From: Azolla caroliniana
Taxonomy: Eukaryota > Plantae > Polypodiophyta
Reading direction: 5' to 3'
DNA: 64,000 bases
Assembly (NCBI GenBank): GCA_043228905.1
Contig: JBHGNT010000010.1
Coordinates: 3,596,001 to 3,660,000, forward strand
Part shown: positions 1 through 21,613 of the stretch, piece after piece
Layout: the number at the start of each line of letters is the position of its first letter
How positions within the stretch are numbered: the stretch's first letter is position 1
Notes under the pieces: generated by a model
Told to the model about the DNA's origin: nothing
Databases searched by the model: none
Seen by the model: the letters and a program-made list of their open reading frames with translations, nothing else
Position numbers and translations under genes: made by a program

Positions 1-1053
1 ACTCTTGAACATTAGGCTAAGTGTTACCGGAGAGGGTTTCAATCCAAACCCCAGCATATCATTGAAGACTCGTAAGGCTTGCATAGACCTACCTGCATTT
101 CCAAGCAACGAGATTAAGGAATTGAAAGTGACCACATTTGGAACTATTCCTTCCTCTTGCATTTTCTTATAGACTTCCCACATCTGATCATAATCCTTTT
201 GCAAACCATGCAATTTCATGATTTGAGAGTAGACTACTGAATCCCATGGTTGAATTTGCCGCTGCATTTCAGAGCACAGTTCTTCGGCTTCACGAATTCT
301 ACCAGATTTCACATGTACATCGATAACAGAAGCAAAAGTAACGGAATCGGGTACACAACCCACATCTCGCATCTGAGAAAACCACTCTAGAGCTTCATCT
401 GGCTTCTTGCATTGAATAGCAAAGCTAATAATAGTGGAATAAGTGATGTTGTTGAGTTCAATTCCGGATTCAACCATATCTTCTGCAATTTCTTTTCCAG
501 TCTCCCATTTCCCTGCTTTTCTCAGTATTTTGAGCATGACATTGTAGACATATGCATTCAATTGAAATGACTTAGATCTGAGCCAATTGAAGAAGATCAA
601 TGATCGGCGCCACCTTGTCTGAGCTTGAAGGATAGCAACCATATCCTTACAGGTGAGAAAGCCTACCTCATCATCAAGAACCTCGAGGTCAAGTTGGTCA
701 GGATCGACAGTCTTTTCCAGGAGCATTAGGGTTTGGCGAACCGAAGGAGGAGGGGATTTCTTATTCGAGTTATTAGGGCTTTGAGAGTCGCGAGCTTTCC
801 TGCGGCTCGGTGATGTCCAAGCATGAGAAGGAGGGGGGTTGTGAAGGAACTGTTTGGACAAAGGTTGGAGCTGATCGGCCAGATTGATCTTGACTGAGTT
901 CTTCTTCTTCTGGAGAGGATTGATGGGTTTCTGAGAAGAAGGGATGGTGGATGGGGAAGGGGAAGGGGAAGGGGATGAAGTTGGAGGCGGTGGTGGAGAA
1001 GATGAAACAGAGGAAGAGAGGCATGAAGCTACTCCTCCTGTACTGGCTGCCAT
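1..1053 (-). CDS. P-class pentatricopeptide repeat protein, likely plastid-targeted; resembles SOT1/PPR53-SVR7 PPR-SMR group (5' part only, continues beyond window start)
   Basis: Manual translation from ATG at 1053 is open for 351 codons to the window edge: MAASTGGVASCLSSSVSSSPPPP (S/P-rich transit-like) ... NLADQLQPLSKQ ... WRRSLIFFNWLRS, then tandem 35-aa repeats (YNVMLKILRKAGKWETG..; NNITYSTIISFAIQCKKPDEALEWFSQM..; PDSVTFASVIDVHVKSGRIREA..; PNVVTFNSLISLLGNAGRSMQALRVFNDM). N-terminal motifs recall Arabidopsis SOT1 (SLSEQLKPLS, NITYSTII). Absent from the ORF track because there is no stop in the window. Confidence 0.92.
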   Translation of the reverse strand, partial: MAASTGGVASCLSSSVSSSPPPPPTSSPSPSPSPSTIPSSQKPINPLQKKKNSVKINLADQLQPLSKQFLHNPPPSHAWTSPSRRKARDSQSPNNSNKKSPPPSVRQTLMLLEKTVDPDQLDLEVLDDEVGFLTCKDMVAILQAQTRWRRSLIFFNWLRSKSFQLNAYVYNVMLKILRKAGKWETGKEIAEDMVESGIELNNITYSTIISFAIQCKKPDEALEWFSQMRDVGCVPDSVTFASVIDVHVKSGRIREAEELCSEMQRQIQPWDSVVYSQIMKLHGLQKDYDQMWEVYKKMQEEGIVPNVVTFNSLISLLGNAGRSMQALRVFNDMLGFGLKPSPVTLSLMFKS

Positions 1054-1790
1054 GGCTATGGCTATGGCTATGGCTATGGCTATGGCAAAAGCTTGAAGAC
1101 TTTGCCTTATCTCCTACTGTGTGAGGCCATTTGTATGGCCTTCCCAACGTGTTCACACTTGTCCGGACAAACGAAGCCGGACACATTCGGGAAATATTTG
1201 GGTTTCTCAGGGAGTTTGTGTCGATGGGACGAAATGCTTGTGGGAAACAGAAGCTCCGGCCTGTTTTGTTGTGCTCTCTGTGAATGAAACCCTAACATCT
1301 CCCTGCGTCCTTCTACAGGACATGGACCGGAGCACAAACTGCTTACTAACACATATGTACGGAATGGAAGAGCTTCGTGTGGACAACACTGAATTGATCA
1401 TCACGAAGTGTAGATGTGAAGGTCCTACTCGAACTATGAGGGCGGAGAGGATATGCAAATCCCTTGGACATGGGTGCAACGAGATGGTGATAAGCAGATT
1501 TGAAATTGAATGAACAAATTGAGTTGATGGAAAGAAATGGACGAGTGGGTGATTCTCAATTGAGGGATTGAGAGGAACTAGAGGGGTTTGTTGGCATGGA
1601 AACCATACTTCCCAAAAAAAAACATTGAGATCTTACTCCAAAGCCGCACGAATCATTTCTTGAACTTTGATAAGCACCATCAGTTCGCATCTTAAAGGCC
1701 ATTAATATCTCCATTATCCTTTTAACTTAATTCCCAGTTTTGTTTTATCATTTTAATTCACAACCTTTTAGGACAAGTATGAGCTAGTTA

Positions 1791-2240
1791 TGTTACGAGC
1801 ATGACCATAAATTATCCCGTGGTAAGATTGTATCGTAGTATTCTATACATGTGGATAAAGTGTGAGGTTTAAACGAAAGTGTAAAGGGATGATTACTTTT
1901 AATCCTAGGAATTGAGACAATCCATAAGGGCGAAATGTGAACTTGCCTAGGGACTTTAGGTCTGGCTATAAATATGAGGCCTAGCTACCCTCATTTGACA
2001 CATTATCGACTACATCGAGACTCTGATATTGTGGTGATCAACTCTTGTAGAGAGTACGCCAACACTAAGTACAACTAGATGCCACAATGGTGGTATGGGA
2101 CGCCGATCAAGGCTCGAGTTCATCTCGATCCCTTCGTTCAAGGGTGGTCTGGTGGATCAACACCCTTCATTCTCTCTCTTCTCTATTTTCTTAACTTATA
2201 TTTTCTTATATTTTGCTTACATTAGGGCTAATCTCTAATA
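1791..2240 (+). repeat. 5' LTR of the Ty3/gypsy element
   Basis: Direct repeat of 5835-6288; contains TATAAAT; ends ...TAATA (CA changed to TA) directly before the PBS. Confidence 0.9.
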
Positions 2241-5200
2241 GTTGGTATCTGAGCATTTTTCCTAATGTTTCTCTTGCTGATTTGTTTTGTTGGATGGTGA
2301 TCGATCGATATTCGTTTGAGTTGGATCCAAATACATATCAACAAAGGAACTTCAGTATTTTCCTTTATTTTTTACTATTCTTTCTTCTCCCATTCTAATC
2401 ATGTTTAAGTCAATATGTATAATTTCATTCATTCAATTATGTCGTAGTGGTAATAGGTTGGTTGTATAAAACGTATACATGTGTGTATGAGGTTCAATAC
2501 CTCAATTGACATATATTTGATATGTGATTTGTGTCGTATGCGTACGGGATCAATACCTCAATTGTGTATTACGTTCACATCCATATGTTACTTATGCGTA
2601 AGAGGTTAATACCTCATTTGTGTATTACATTCACCCTTATTTTGGATGTTACGTGTGCGTAGAGGCTATATGCCTCAATTACATATCTTGATTACATCAT
2701 TTGTCGTTTAATGTTTTGTTAACGATTCTTTGAAATATATACATATGTAATCACATGTATACGTATTTAATCGTGTATACATGTCATAAACATATGTGTG
2801 TGTATATCAAGAATTTGTTATGTTATTTTAATTGATCGATGGTTGTCTTTCGGGGTAAAGATTTTGTGGCTGTCCTCACATTTTTGTGAGAATGACGTAG
2901 TCACCATCCTTTTTAACATTTTTTTTTGTTATCCCCCTTGGTCACCTTGATTTTGCTACATGTTAGAACGAGACAAACATAGCGACAATGATGGTGTGAG
3001 CGTAAGGGCTTGACCCACTTCATGCGAGGTCGCCCTTATGAAACACACATCGAAAATTCTGCACTCGTTACATGATTACGATGCCACCATGAGATCATCT
3101 TTATGAAAGGCATTCGTAATGGAGTAACCATGTGATGGGCCACGTGGGCCTACTACGAAAAAAAAGGCTAATGTTGGCTTGACAATTAGGTTGCTCCTTA
3201 TGGTCTGCCATTGCAATGATGAGACTTGAGGTTTGGTAATGTACCAACATAGTTTTCTAGTTAATGAGAGAGAATAAGGATTATAGACACATATGTTTTC
3301 TTTTAAAAAATAACATATGTGTGCAAATGCCTTGATATATCTCTGCATAAGTTTTAAACATTTAATAGGAGTAAGCCATTTGGTTAGCTCAAGTGTTTAA
3401 TGGTTTTGTTCTAGAGGCCTTGAGTTCAAATATGACCAAGACCATATAACATTATTGATGCATATGACTATAAAACATGTTTAGACTTTAGGTCCAAGTG
3501 TGCTTTGGGGTCCTCGTAATATGACTTAAAGAGCTGAAACCGCATGGGTGGGCACAAAGACATGGTTTATTGTTAACATTTTACGTGTATAAACTATTCA
3601 TGATGCAAACAAACATGGTTGAGCCTCAGGGAGCTACCATGTAAAAATAGATATAGAGATAAGGGAAAGACATTCATTTGTCACCCCCATGGTTTTTAAA
3701 ACACCTTTGTGTTACCATAGTTACTTGATCTTGAACCTCATCTCATACGTCCAGAGGGGTATTGACGTGAGATCATGATATCGATTGATGTTTGCCCATG
3801 ATATGTTTATATCACAACATTATGTTATGGCTATTTGTCTGACCCTATCCTATTTCTTTGCAAGACACTATATTCTCATGGCTCATAATAACGACCCGAT
3901 GACATCCTCCCATGTGAAGGCAATTCAAGGATATACTCCTAGGGCAATCCCAATTGAGTCGTATTTTTTACAAATACAAAATTTCCTCAATTCTACCTTG
4001 AACGAGATTTCAGAACTTTGGCAATCTCATAGTGCTCTAAAATCACGGGTCATTAGTATGCAACGCAATACTAATAAACCAGATGAACGTCAAGGTGAAC
4101 CATAGTTTGATACTAATAAACCAAATGAACATCAAGGAGAAAAAAAGGAAAGAACCGAATAAGCAATCTACACATGGCTAGGTAGATGGGAGTTTCATTT
4201 TGAGTTCTATCCCAAGCCACACAGTACGAAGATTGCATATGTCGGTCGAGAACTAGGGGGTAAGGCTGCTACTTGGTGGCGTGGGCTTCACACTTTTGGG
4301 AAATAGCCCAATACCTAGACAAACTTTGTCATAGTTTTCAAGGGTCAATTTCTACAACCTCCATCTCACACCAAGGCGACACACACATTAATGAACCTCT
4401 CTAGCTAGAAATTTTCCTCGCTAGAAGATTATGTTCACCGTACTAGAACCTAAATTCAAAAATCGGGGCTAGAATGTGAAAATTGGTTAATAGCTTGTTT
4501 TGTCAATGGCATCCTTAATTCGGATTATCATTGGATAATGCACAATAAGGATCCAAAATCCTTCGAAGAGGCCGTTGAAATAGTTCTTTGTTATCAATGC
4601 ATTGACATATATAGCTATGTGACTAAATGTCACCAACGTTAGGTTAACAAGGCCGAGCAATAATAAGTGGGAAAGTATATCCGTAGATTTTATTGTCGGG
4701 CTATTTTGGACTTTTATATCCCTTGGAAATTCCCAACAATAAGTGGAAAATATATCCATGGATTTTATTGTTAACCTTCCTCGCACCAAAAAGGCCATGA
4801 TGCCATTTGGGTTGTGGTTGATTGACTAACTAAAATGGCCTGATTTATAGCTACGAAAACTATGGTAACAACTCATGAATTGGCTTAGCAATTTGTTGAT
4901 GAGTTATTTTCTTTTTTTATAAGTTACCGATGGATATTGTGAGTGATCGAGATCCAAAGTTTACTAGCGACTTTTGGATGCAAGTCTTTAAGAAGTTAGA
5001 AACTACATTGAGAATGAGCTCCACAGATCATCCTCAATCTGATGGACAGACAGAACGAGTAAATCAAATTATTGAGGACATGCTTCAAGCATACGTTGGT
5101 GCAAAACCAACAAAATGGGAACGTTATCTTCCAATTTTGGAGTTTGCTTATAACAGCTCCAAACATACATCGAGGGGATATAGTCCTTTTATGTTTATGT

Positions 5201-5834
5201 ATGGTTTCCAACCACGAGCCTCAATTGATTTAACTAATATACATCATGATGAGTTGTGAAACTTATACACAAAACTTTCTAAGGGAAATGCAAGATATGT
5301 TGCATATTGCATGAGATAATATAAAAATGGCTCAAGATAGAGCGTGTTTTTATGCGAACCATAATAGGCAACCTCATGTATTCAACCTTGGACAGAAAGT
5401 ATTTCTACGTGTGCCTCACAATTCTAAGACATTTTCTATGGGTAAGTGTGCTAAGTTAGCCCCACAGTTTTGTAGACCTTTTACAGTCCTCAAACGCATT
5501 GGTTCATCGGCTTATTGTCTCGCGCTTCTTGATGGTGTCAAAATCCATCTAGTTTTTCATGTAAATCGTCTAGAAGGACTACTTGGTTCTGACGACAATA
5601 CAATTGCAACTGAAACTCTTGTTACTTCTGAAGATTTAGCTTCTAAACCACATGTACCAAAGAGAATTTTTGATGTTAAAACAAAACATTTGCGTTCTGA
5701 AATAATACGAGAATTTAAAATTAAATTGATGGATAAATCTATAAAAGATGCTACATGGGAAGGAGGAAATTTATTAAAACTAACTTTGATACCTTTTTAT
5801 TGCAAGAATGCAATGGTTTAAAGAGGGGGGAGTA

Positions 5835-6288
5835 TGTTACGGGCATGACCATAAATTATCCCGTGGTAAGATTGTATCGTAGTATTCTATACACGTGGAT
5901 AAAGTGTGAGGGTTAAACAAGAGTGTAAAGAAGGGTGATTACTTTTAATCCTAGGAATTTAGACAACCCATAAGGGCCAAGTGTGAACTTGCTTGGGGGC
6001 CTTAGGTCTGACTATAAATATGAGGCCTAACTACCCTCATTTGACACATTATCGACTACGTTGAGACTTTGATCTTGTGGTGATCAACTATTGTAGAGAG
6101 CGCGCCAACACTAGGTATGACTCGATGACACAACGGTGGTATGGGACACCGATCGAGGCTCGAGTCCGTCTCGATCCCTTCGCTCGGGGGTGATCGGGTG
6201 GATCAACAACCTTCTTTCACTCTCTCCTCGATTTTTTTAAACTCATATTTCCTTTATCTATTGCTTACATTAGGACTAAGCTCTAACA
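5835..6288 (+). repeat. 3' LTR of the Ty3/gypsy element
   Basis: TG...CA termini, preceded by PPT, followed by TSD AGTCA. Confidence 0.9.
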
Positions 6289-6396
6289 AGTCAGGCCAGT
6301 CGTAACAAACCGAGAAAAGGGTGGTTGTTTGGGCAGGCATGATTGGAACGATCCGATAGAGTGTTTCGAGGATCGATACGCAAAAGCCAAGGGGCT

Positions 6397-6508
6397 AATC
6401 AATAGGAGTTTTGGGCGGAGCGGACATTCTGAGTGGACATTCATTTAGGGCAAATCAATAGGAGTTTTGGGCGGAGCGGACATTCCGAGAGGACATTCAT
6501 TCAGGGCG
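6397..6508. repeat. Two-copy ~56-bp tandem duplication in the upstream region of the + strand gene
   Basis: AATCAATAGGAGTTTTGGGCGGAGCGGACATTC..GGACATTCATT.AGGGC occurs twice in tandem. Confidence 0.85.
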
Positions 6509-6820
6509 GTTGTTTAAAAGAGTAGTTTCTACAGAATATGTACATACACGTATTATTGTTGTTGTTGTTAATTGGTCTATCTATGTGCATTAGACATAAT
6601 ATATATACATACATATATGTATGAACTCGCAATTATTATCATAATAATTTAGAGTTAAAAGACTTTTGGGGAGTAATGAATCCATTGCATTTGCAAGACT
6701 GCAGAGGAAGGAGGTCAGAGGTTCGATTCCTCCCATCTCCACTTTCACAATAACACACAGTCTATAGCCCAAACACACAGAAACAGAGAAGACAGAAGAA
6801 AGAAGAAGAAAGAAGACGAT

Positions 6821-7215
6821 ATGACGGGCTTCCTTCCAGCCCGATCCGCGGCTTCGGAAGGAGCCTTCTTCTATCAGACCTCCAAGCAAGCCATAGCCCG
6901 ATTGAAGAAGCTGCAGAATCATCAGATCCCCCCATCCCAAGTATCCTCTCCTCCATCTCCATCTCCATCTCCATCTCCTCCACATGCCGATGTATTGCCC
7001 GAGATTCTTCGTCATTCTCTGCCCCTCTCCAGTGCTGGCCATGGCAGCGATGACTTCCTTCCATCGCCTTCCTCTCTTGCCTCCATATCCTCTTCTTCTT
7101 CATCTTCAACATCATCATATTCTTCCCTTTCACAGTCTCAACTGTTTAATTTAAGCAACCCTGTCGTTGGTTTCTTACCATCTCTTCCTCAGGCTTCTCT
7201 TGGCCGTCGCAGGTC

Positions 7216-7271
<56 letters not shown>

Positions 7272-9888
7272 ATTATTGTTTTCATCTCATATTAACATTC
7301 TCTTTGAGAAGTTCGGTTTTCATTCAATATTCTTTTGAAATATCGAAGGCAATGGTCTTGATGAATCAACTTCTCTGCAATTCCATCTCATAAGAGAAAT
7401 ATTGGTTTAAGCATATTTCGTTTTGCTTAATCTTGGTTTTGAAATACCGAAGGGAATAGAAATAGAAAGTTGTACTGATGGGGTGGAACGTCTCTAATAT
7501 CCCTCTCATAAGCGACACAAAAATCTCATTCTGTTTGAGATTCATTCGAAATATCAAAGAAAATGATGATAGAAATAGCGTAATGGCATTGAACTTTTTC
7601 CATTGTTCCAATAGACCTTGTTTAGCGGAACAATTAATGAAATTGTCTGTCTATTGGACTCTATTGTATCATAGGAACCTCATTATTGACTTCTGTTGAT
7701 AAATCAAGCATGACTGTGTTGACTTCTGTTAGCTGCATAAGAAAACGCCGACTAATAACATAACATAGTCCCTGCTATATAAGAATGATCCTTTTGTTAG
7801 ACAGGAATAGGGATTCTACATCTTGTATCTTTCTCTATTTTCGTGCTTTTCATAAACATTTTGTGAGAGAACTTATTCAATTTCTCAGCATCTTCAGTTG
7901 ATGAAGAAAGCTGTCCATTTGTTTCAATCTATTGATGCAGAAAATGATGTTTTTGCAGATGGCAGCTTTCAGGCGACGATGTAAGTGTCCTCCCATCCAC
8001 TGCCAATGAAATGAGGCCAAAAGGTCACCCCACAATTAGCGATGCTAATGCAAAAGCTTTAATGGAAGGTTACTCTGCAGGTATATCAGATCATGAACTT
8101 TAACTAACTGGTTTGTATTAATTTTATGAGTAACCTCTCGTCGAGATAAGAATGGTTGGCGGATACACCTTTTATACCATCATTACAGTACAAATAGAAG
8201 CTCATCCATTATTCAAGAACAGTGTTGCGCTTAATGGTTTCATGGATTCATTGTAAGAGTGATGATACATAGATGTTAAGCCTGGTCACTGTGGAACATG
8301 CATATTGATGATACCAAGTATGGTGAAGAAACTGGGATAGTTAGCACGATAAAAGATGTGGAGTACCCTTTTTACTGTCATAAAAGTGTACAATTGATCA
8401 AAGTTATTGCAGTTGTGCGTTCAAGACACTGTGCATGGGCTCAGGATTAGGCAACGTTATTCATTTTGCCTCAACAATGTTCATCAGCTTTATACCAACA
8501 ATAAAACATTTCTCACAAAATACATTGGTATATTTGTGAACCTTGCCATGTGATCACGTCTTCATACATACAATCCTTATACTACACAATATTCATTGTT
8601 TATCTTCAGAGGAATAAGTTCAATTTGTTTTGTTTTGTGATTAGTTATATCTTGGTTGCTGATTGATTGTTCTGTTCCTTCTCACAGTTTTGAAGTCATT
8701 CTTGGTCGCTACAGCGCTCCTAATGGGAGGTACAACGCTGGCAGCTGGAATTGTAGCTACAAAACTTGAAATTCATTCGGTAATGCATATTTCCTTTTGT
8801 ATTCTGGGCATTGTTTTCTGCGCATTGTTATGGACCTTTAAATTTTCAGTTGGTCTACAGATTGATGATATTCGTATAAAAGGCCAGGAATTTATGCGAT
8901 CCCAAGTTGAAGGGATCCAACGGAGCGTTGAACCTTGGAAGCGATGGGTTTGTAGACTTCTTTGTTTGCTATATAATTAATGTCAGTGTTTTAGTACGAA
9001 ATAATAGATTCTAGTTGCTCAATGAACATTCCATCTATGTGATTCCATGTGCAAATGGAAGTTCATTGAAATACTGGAATTTGTGGCTATATCAGTTCTT
9101 TTATGTTATATGGACCCTTGGCTGTTATGCCTATATTGCATCATTTGGGCAAAACCTGTATTTTTGTTACACCGATCCTTTTCACAGGAGTTGTGACATG
9201 ATGCTACTTGTACTCAAGAAATCCATCATGTGACATGTTTCTTGTTACTAAAGATAACTAAGACATAATGGTAAGGGTTAATTTAAGGAAACCACATTTC
9301 TTAGATACTGCGATACAAAGGTCATATAAGTATAGAGAGTATTGGATATGCAGGGGCAAGTTGGTGGCATTAATCTTGTATCTTAGATACTGCTATACGA
9401 AATCCATAACACTATAGTGTATTGGACATGTAGAGACAAGTTGGTGGCATTAATCTTTTGATATTGTAGTCTAGTTTCATATAGTTTTTCTTGCTGAAGC
9501 ATGATTCTAGTCATAAATCCTACATCATGCAAAACATGCAATAGTGTGATGAAGATGCTCAACTTTTTTACTTCTTAAGGTCAGTCTATTTCATTATTCA
9601 GATATGGACAGGGTAAGGTTTCATTTGAATGTTTGTACTTCGATATTTTGTGAATAGGACCTGAATATAAGTAACCTGAACATAATGCAGGCTCAGGTTA
9701 AGAATGAACAGTGGAACATGGATGATAATAAACGGAATGTAATTAGTGCACCTTTCGTTGAAAACTTGGGATTGAAACAGCTACTCAAAGATGAGGTTAA
9801 TTTCTTTCAGCTATTAAAGTAAATAGGTAAAAGATCGATATTTTGATGATACTAATGTTTATGGTCATTTTGCTAGAGTCAGGAATGA
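6821..9888 (+). CDS. Conserved uncharacterised land-plant protein with one hydrophobic segment (5-6 exons)
   Basis: GT-AG exons join in frame: 6821-7212, 7959-8080, 8688-8779, 8861-8947, 9691-9795, 9877-9888 (or read-through of exon 5 to TAA at 9822). Product MTGFLPARSAASEGAFFYQTSKQAIARL..DVLPEILRHSLP..LPQASLGRRRW..STANEMR..KSFLVATALLMGGTTLAAGIVATKLEIHSIDDIRIKGQE..EPWKRWAQ, which matches my recollection of an angiosperm unknown-function family with DVLPEILRHSLP and LPQVTFGRRRW motifs. Confidence 0.82.
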
Positions 9889-11807
9889 AGATTGTGAAAA
9901 CTGGCCCCAGTAACTTGATATGATGACCTGACCTTGATAACGACAAAAATTTGGCTAAAAGTAATAAAAAAATCTGTTATTTACAATGCCAATGTAAATA
10001 TAAAGTCAATATAGAGAGGTATTTATATAGTTAAAAACTTGTACCATTGTGATCTAGAAATGGTGTGGGTGGTTTCAGAATTTGTAATGTAATCCTCACA
10101 GCTCAGTGATTTCACTTGAAGTGCTATGATATCTGATTTCAGTAGAAATCTCATGTTATTGGTTTTAACTTGTGATCTTCATGCTAGATAGGTGTTTGGA
10201 GAGTTTAACACATTAACCAGTGTAAATATAAAAGTCAACATTTATGTAGGTATTTTTATGGAATTGAACATTTTTTATTCATTGTAATGGTTGGTGTATT
10301 GTTTCTCATATATTCAGAATATATTTTCATTGTTATATAATGTCCAATTTGAGTTGAAGGTTTTGGTTTTCTTAAATTATATATTTGTATAAAGAGTTTA
10401 TGTGTAAATTTTACATGTTGCAAATAAACTCGTTTAATAAAATCTGAGAATTGTTCTGTATGGTTAGAAAAGACGTGTCATTTGTACGCGTTTCACATGA
10501 TATTGAAATCCTGGAGTACAACATTCCAGAACCTGGATAATTTCACGTGATGTAGAAATTAAATATTTATATTATACTTCAAGAATAGAAATAAGTAAAA
10601 GTAAGATTAGGTCTGCTACACGTTTTCAACATTAATGACATTTCCGAATTGTGGATAAGCATTAGATCCTGTTGTATACATTGGTCAGTCGTGTAGCATT
10701 TAGGGTTACTTTACACCATTCAACAAACCATTTGCCTATAGGCTATAACCATCATGTACAAAACATTTTGGGATCATATTCACTTTGATTGAGTTCAAGA
10801 ATGGAAATCTCATTTTTTGTAGGTCTTTGGGTTCTATATAAGCTTTACTTCTCTGGATTCCCACCCATACAAGGATTCAATGACTTGCAAGAGAAGGAAC
10901 ACCAACCAGAAGAATATTTTAGTCAAATTTTGCTTAGAGAAATATCCAGATGACTTGCACGAAAAGGAACACCAACCAGTAGAATAGTTTAGTCAAATTT
11001 TGCTTAGAGAAATGTGGATATTTCAACACTGACCATTGAATCAATTGAATATTTCAACCAATTGAATATTTCAGCTTAAGAAGTCGTTTTGACAGGACAA
11101 GCAAAATGTTCACCCAAGGCCAATATTTTGTTTTTGAAGGCTTAGCTTTCTGATCTTCCACAGGCCAAAGGAAAAATCATGACTTGCAATAGAGATGGAA
11201 TAAAACAAGAACACGTTACCGTAGCGATTCTTACATTTATTCTGCTCAAAGTTGCATCATTGAGAACTAAGAACTTGATTCCGTAATATTTTCATCAATC
11301 ATAATTGGTTTGTGAGCCACAATAACACAACCATTGCATAACATGCAGGAGGATATGAATATAATGGAAAGCAATATAGAGATCAAAATATCACTTCCGA
11401 ATACCTTAAATAACTCAGAAAAATATATAGCTGGTGCACTTGCATTCATTACAATATATAAACACATGCAAGGAAAACAGCTTTCATTTTTCTCATGAAC
11501 ATTGAATCATGAGTTAGTTTTCCGAGATTCGCCATGTAGTTCATCCTAGAAGTAACATAAAACAGTGAATCTACTATTCTTCATTGTAGTTTACAAGCAC
11601 CACCGGTCTTAGGATTCTTATTGAGTCCACAGAAACCCTAGAAAAGAGGATCACTATACAAGGGTCAGTTTCATCCTTCTTTAAAGTATGAGAAACAGAA
11701 CATAGAAAACTAACCTTCGCTATATGGATGATGGGTGCTGGATTGAAAGAATTGAGGATAGGATGGAACCAAAACATTTAAAACATTGCAGAACCTATTC
11801 GGAAGTT

Positions 11808-21345
<9,538 letters not shown>

Positions 21346-21352
21346 CTTTCTA

Positions 21353-21354
<2 letters not shown>

Positions 21355-21423
<69 letters not shown>

Positions 21424-21578
21424 ATTTCTTTCTTTCTCTCTCTCTCTCTCTCTCCACCCCCTTTCACGAAGACGCCATTAGAAAAGGGAAGAAAGAGAAG
21501 AGAGGAGCAGCAGCAGAGGAAGAAGAAGAAGAAGAAGAAGAAGAAGAAGAAAGAGATGAAGATAATGAATGAATACTT

Positions 21579-21612
<34 letters not shown>
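21355..21612. repeat. Compound microsatellites (CT)n(AT)n, (GAA)n, (GA)n in the FtsHi4 leader/upstream region
   Basis: Directly visible runs. Confidence 0.95.

Positions 21613-21613
<1 letters not shown>

Larger units (their letters stand above)
1791..6288 (+). mobile_element. Non-autonomous Ty3/gypsy chromovirus-type LTR retrotransposon (gag remnant + integrase + chromodomain; no protease/RT/RNaseH)
   Basis: Two ~450-bp LTRs (1791-2240, 5835-6288, both start TGTTAC); near-perfect 5-bp TSD AGTTA/AGTCA; PBS TGGTATCTGAGC (tRNA-iMet-like) at 2243; PPT AAGAGGGGGGAG before the 3' LTR; broken gag ~4180-4590; integrase motifs IVSDRDPKFTS, HPQSDGQTERVNQ, EFAYNS; chromodomain-like tail (REFKIKLMDKSIKDATWE). 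Confidence 0.93.

Noticed and set aside
773-1186. 137-aa minus ORF with HSHSHS and FPFPFP runs
   Set aside because: Alternative frame overlapping the real PPR start; the low-complexity runs come from hexamer repeats.
1054-1479. Idea that in-frame stops upstream of the PPR ATG are removed by U-to-C RNA editing
   Set aside because: Reverse editing is organellar; this is nuclear DNA, and the ATG at 1053 already gives a complete transit-peptide-like N-terminus.
6590-7133. Minus-strand ORFs with WRWRWR or EMEMEM runs
   Set aside because: Antisense shadows of exon 1 of the plus-strand gene.
9300-11015. Small two-copy duplications (~82 bp at 9300-9460; ~70 bp at 10880-11015)
   Set aside because: Ordinary local tandem duplications with no further structure.
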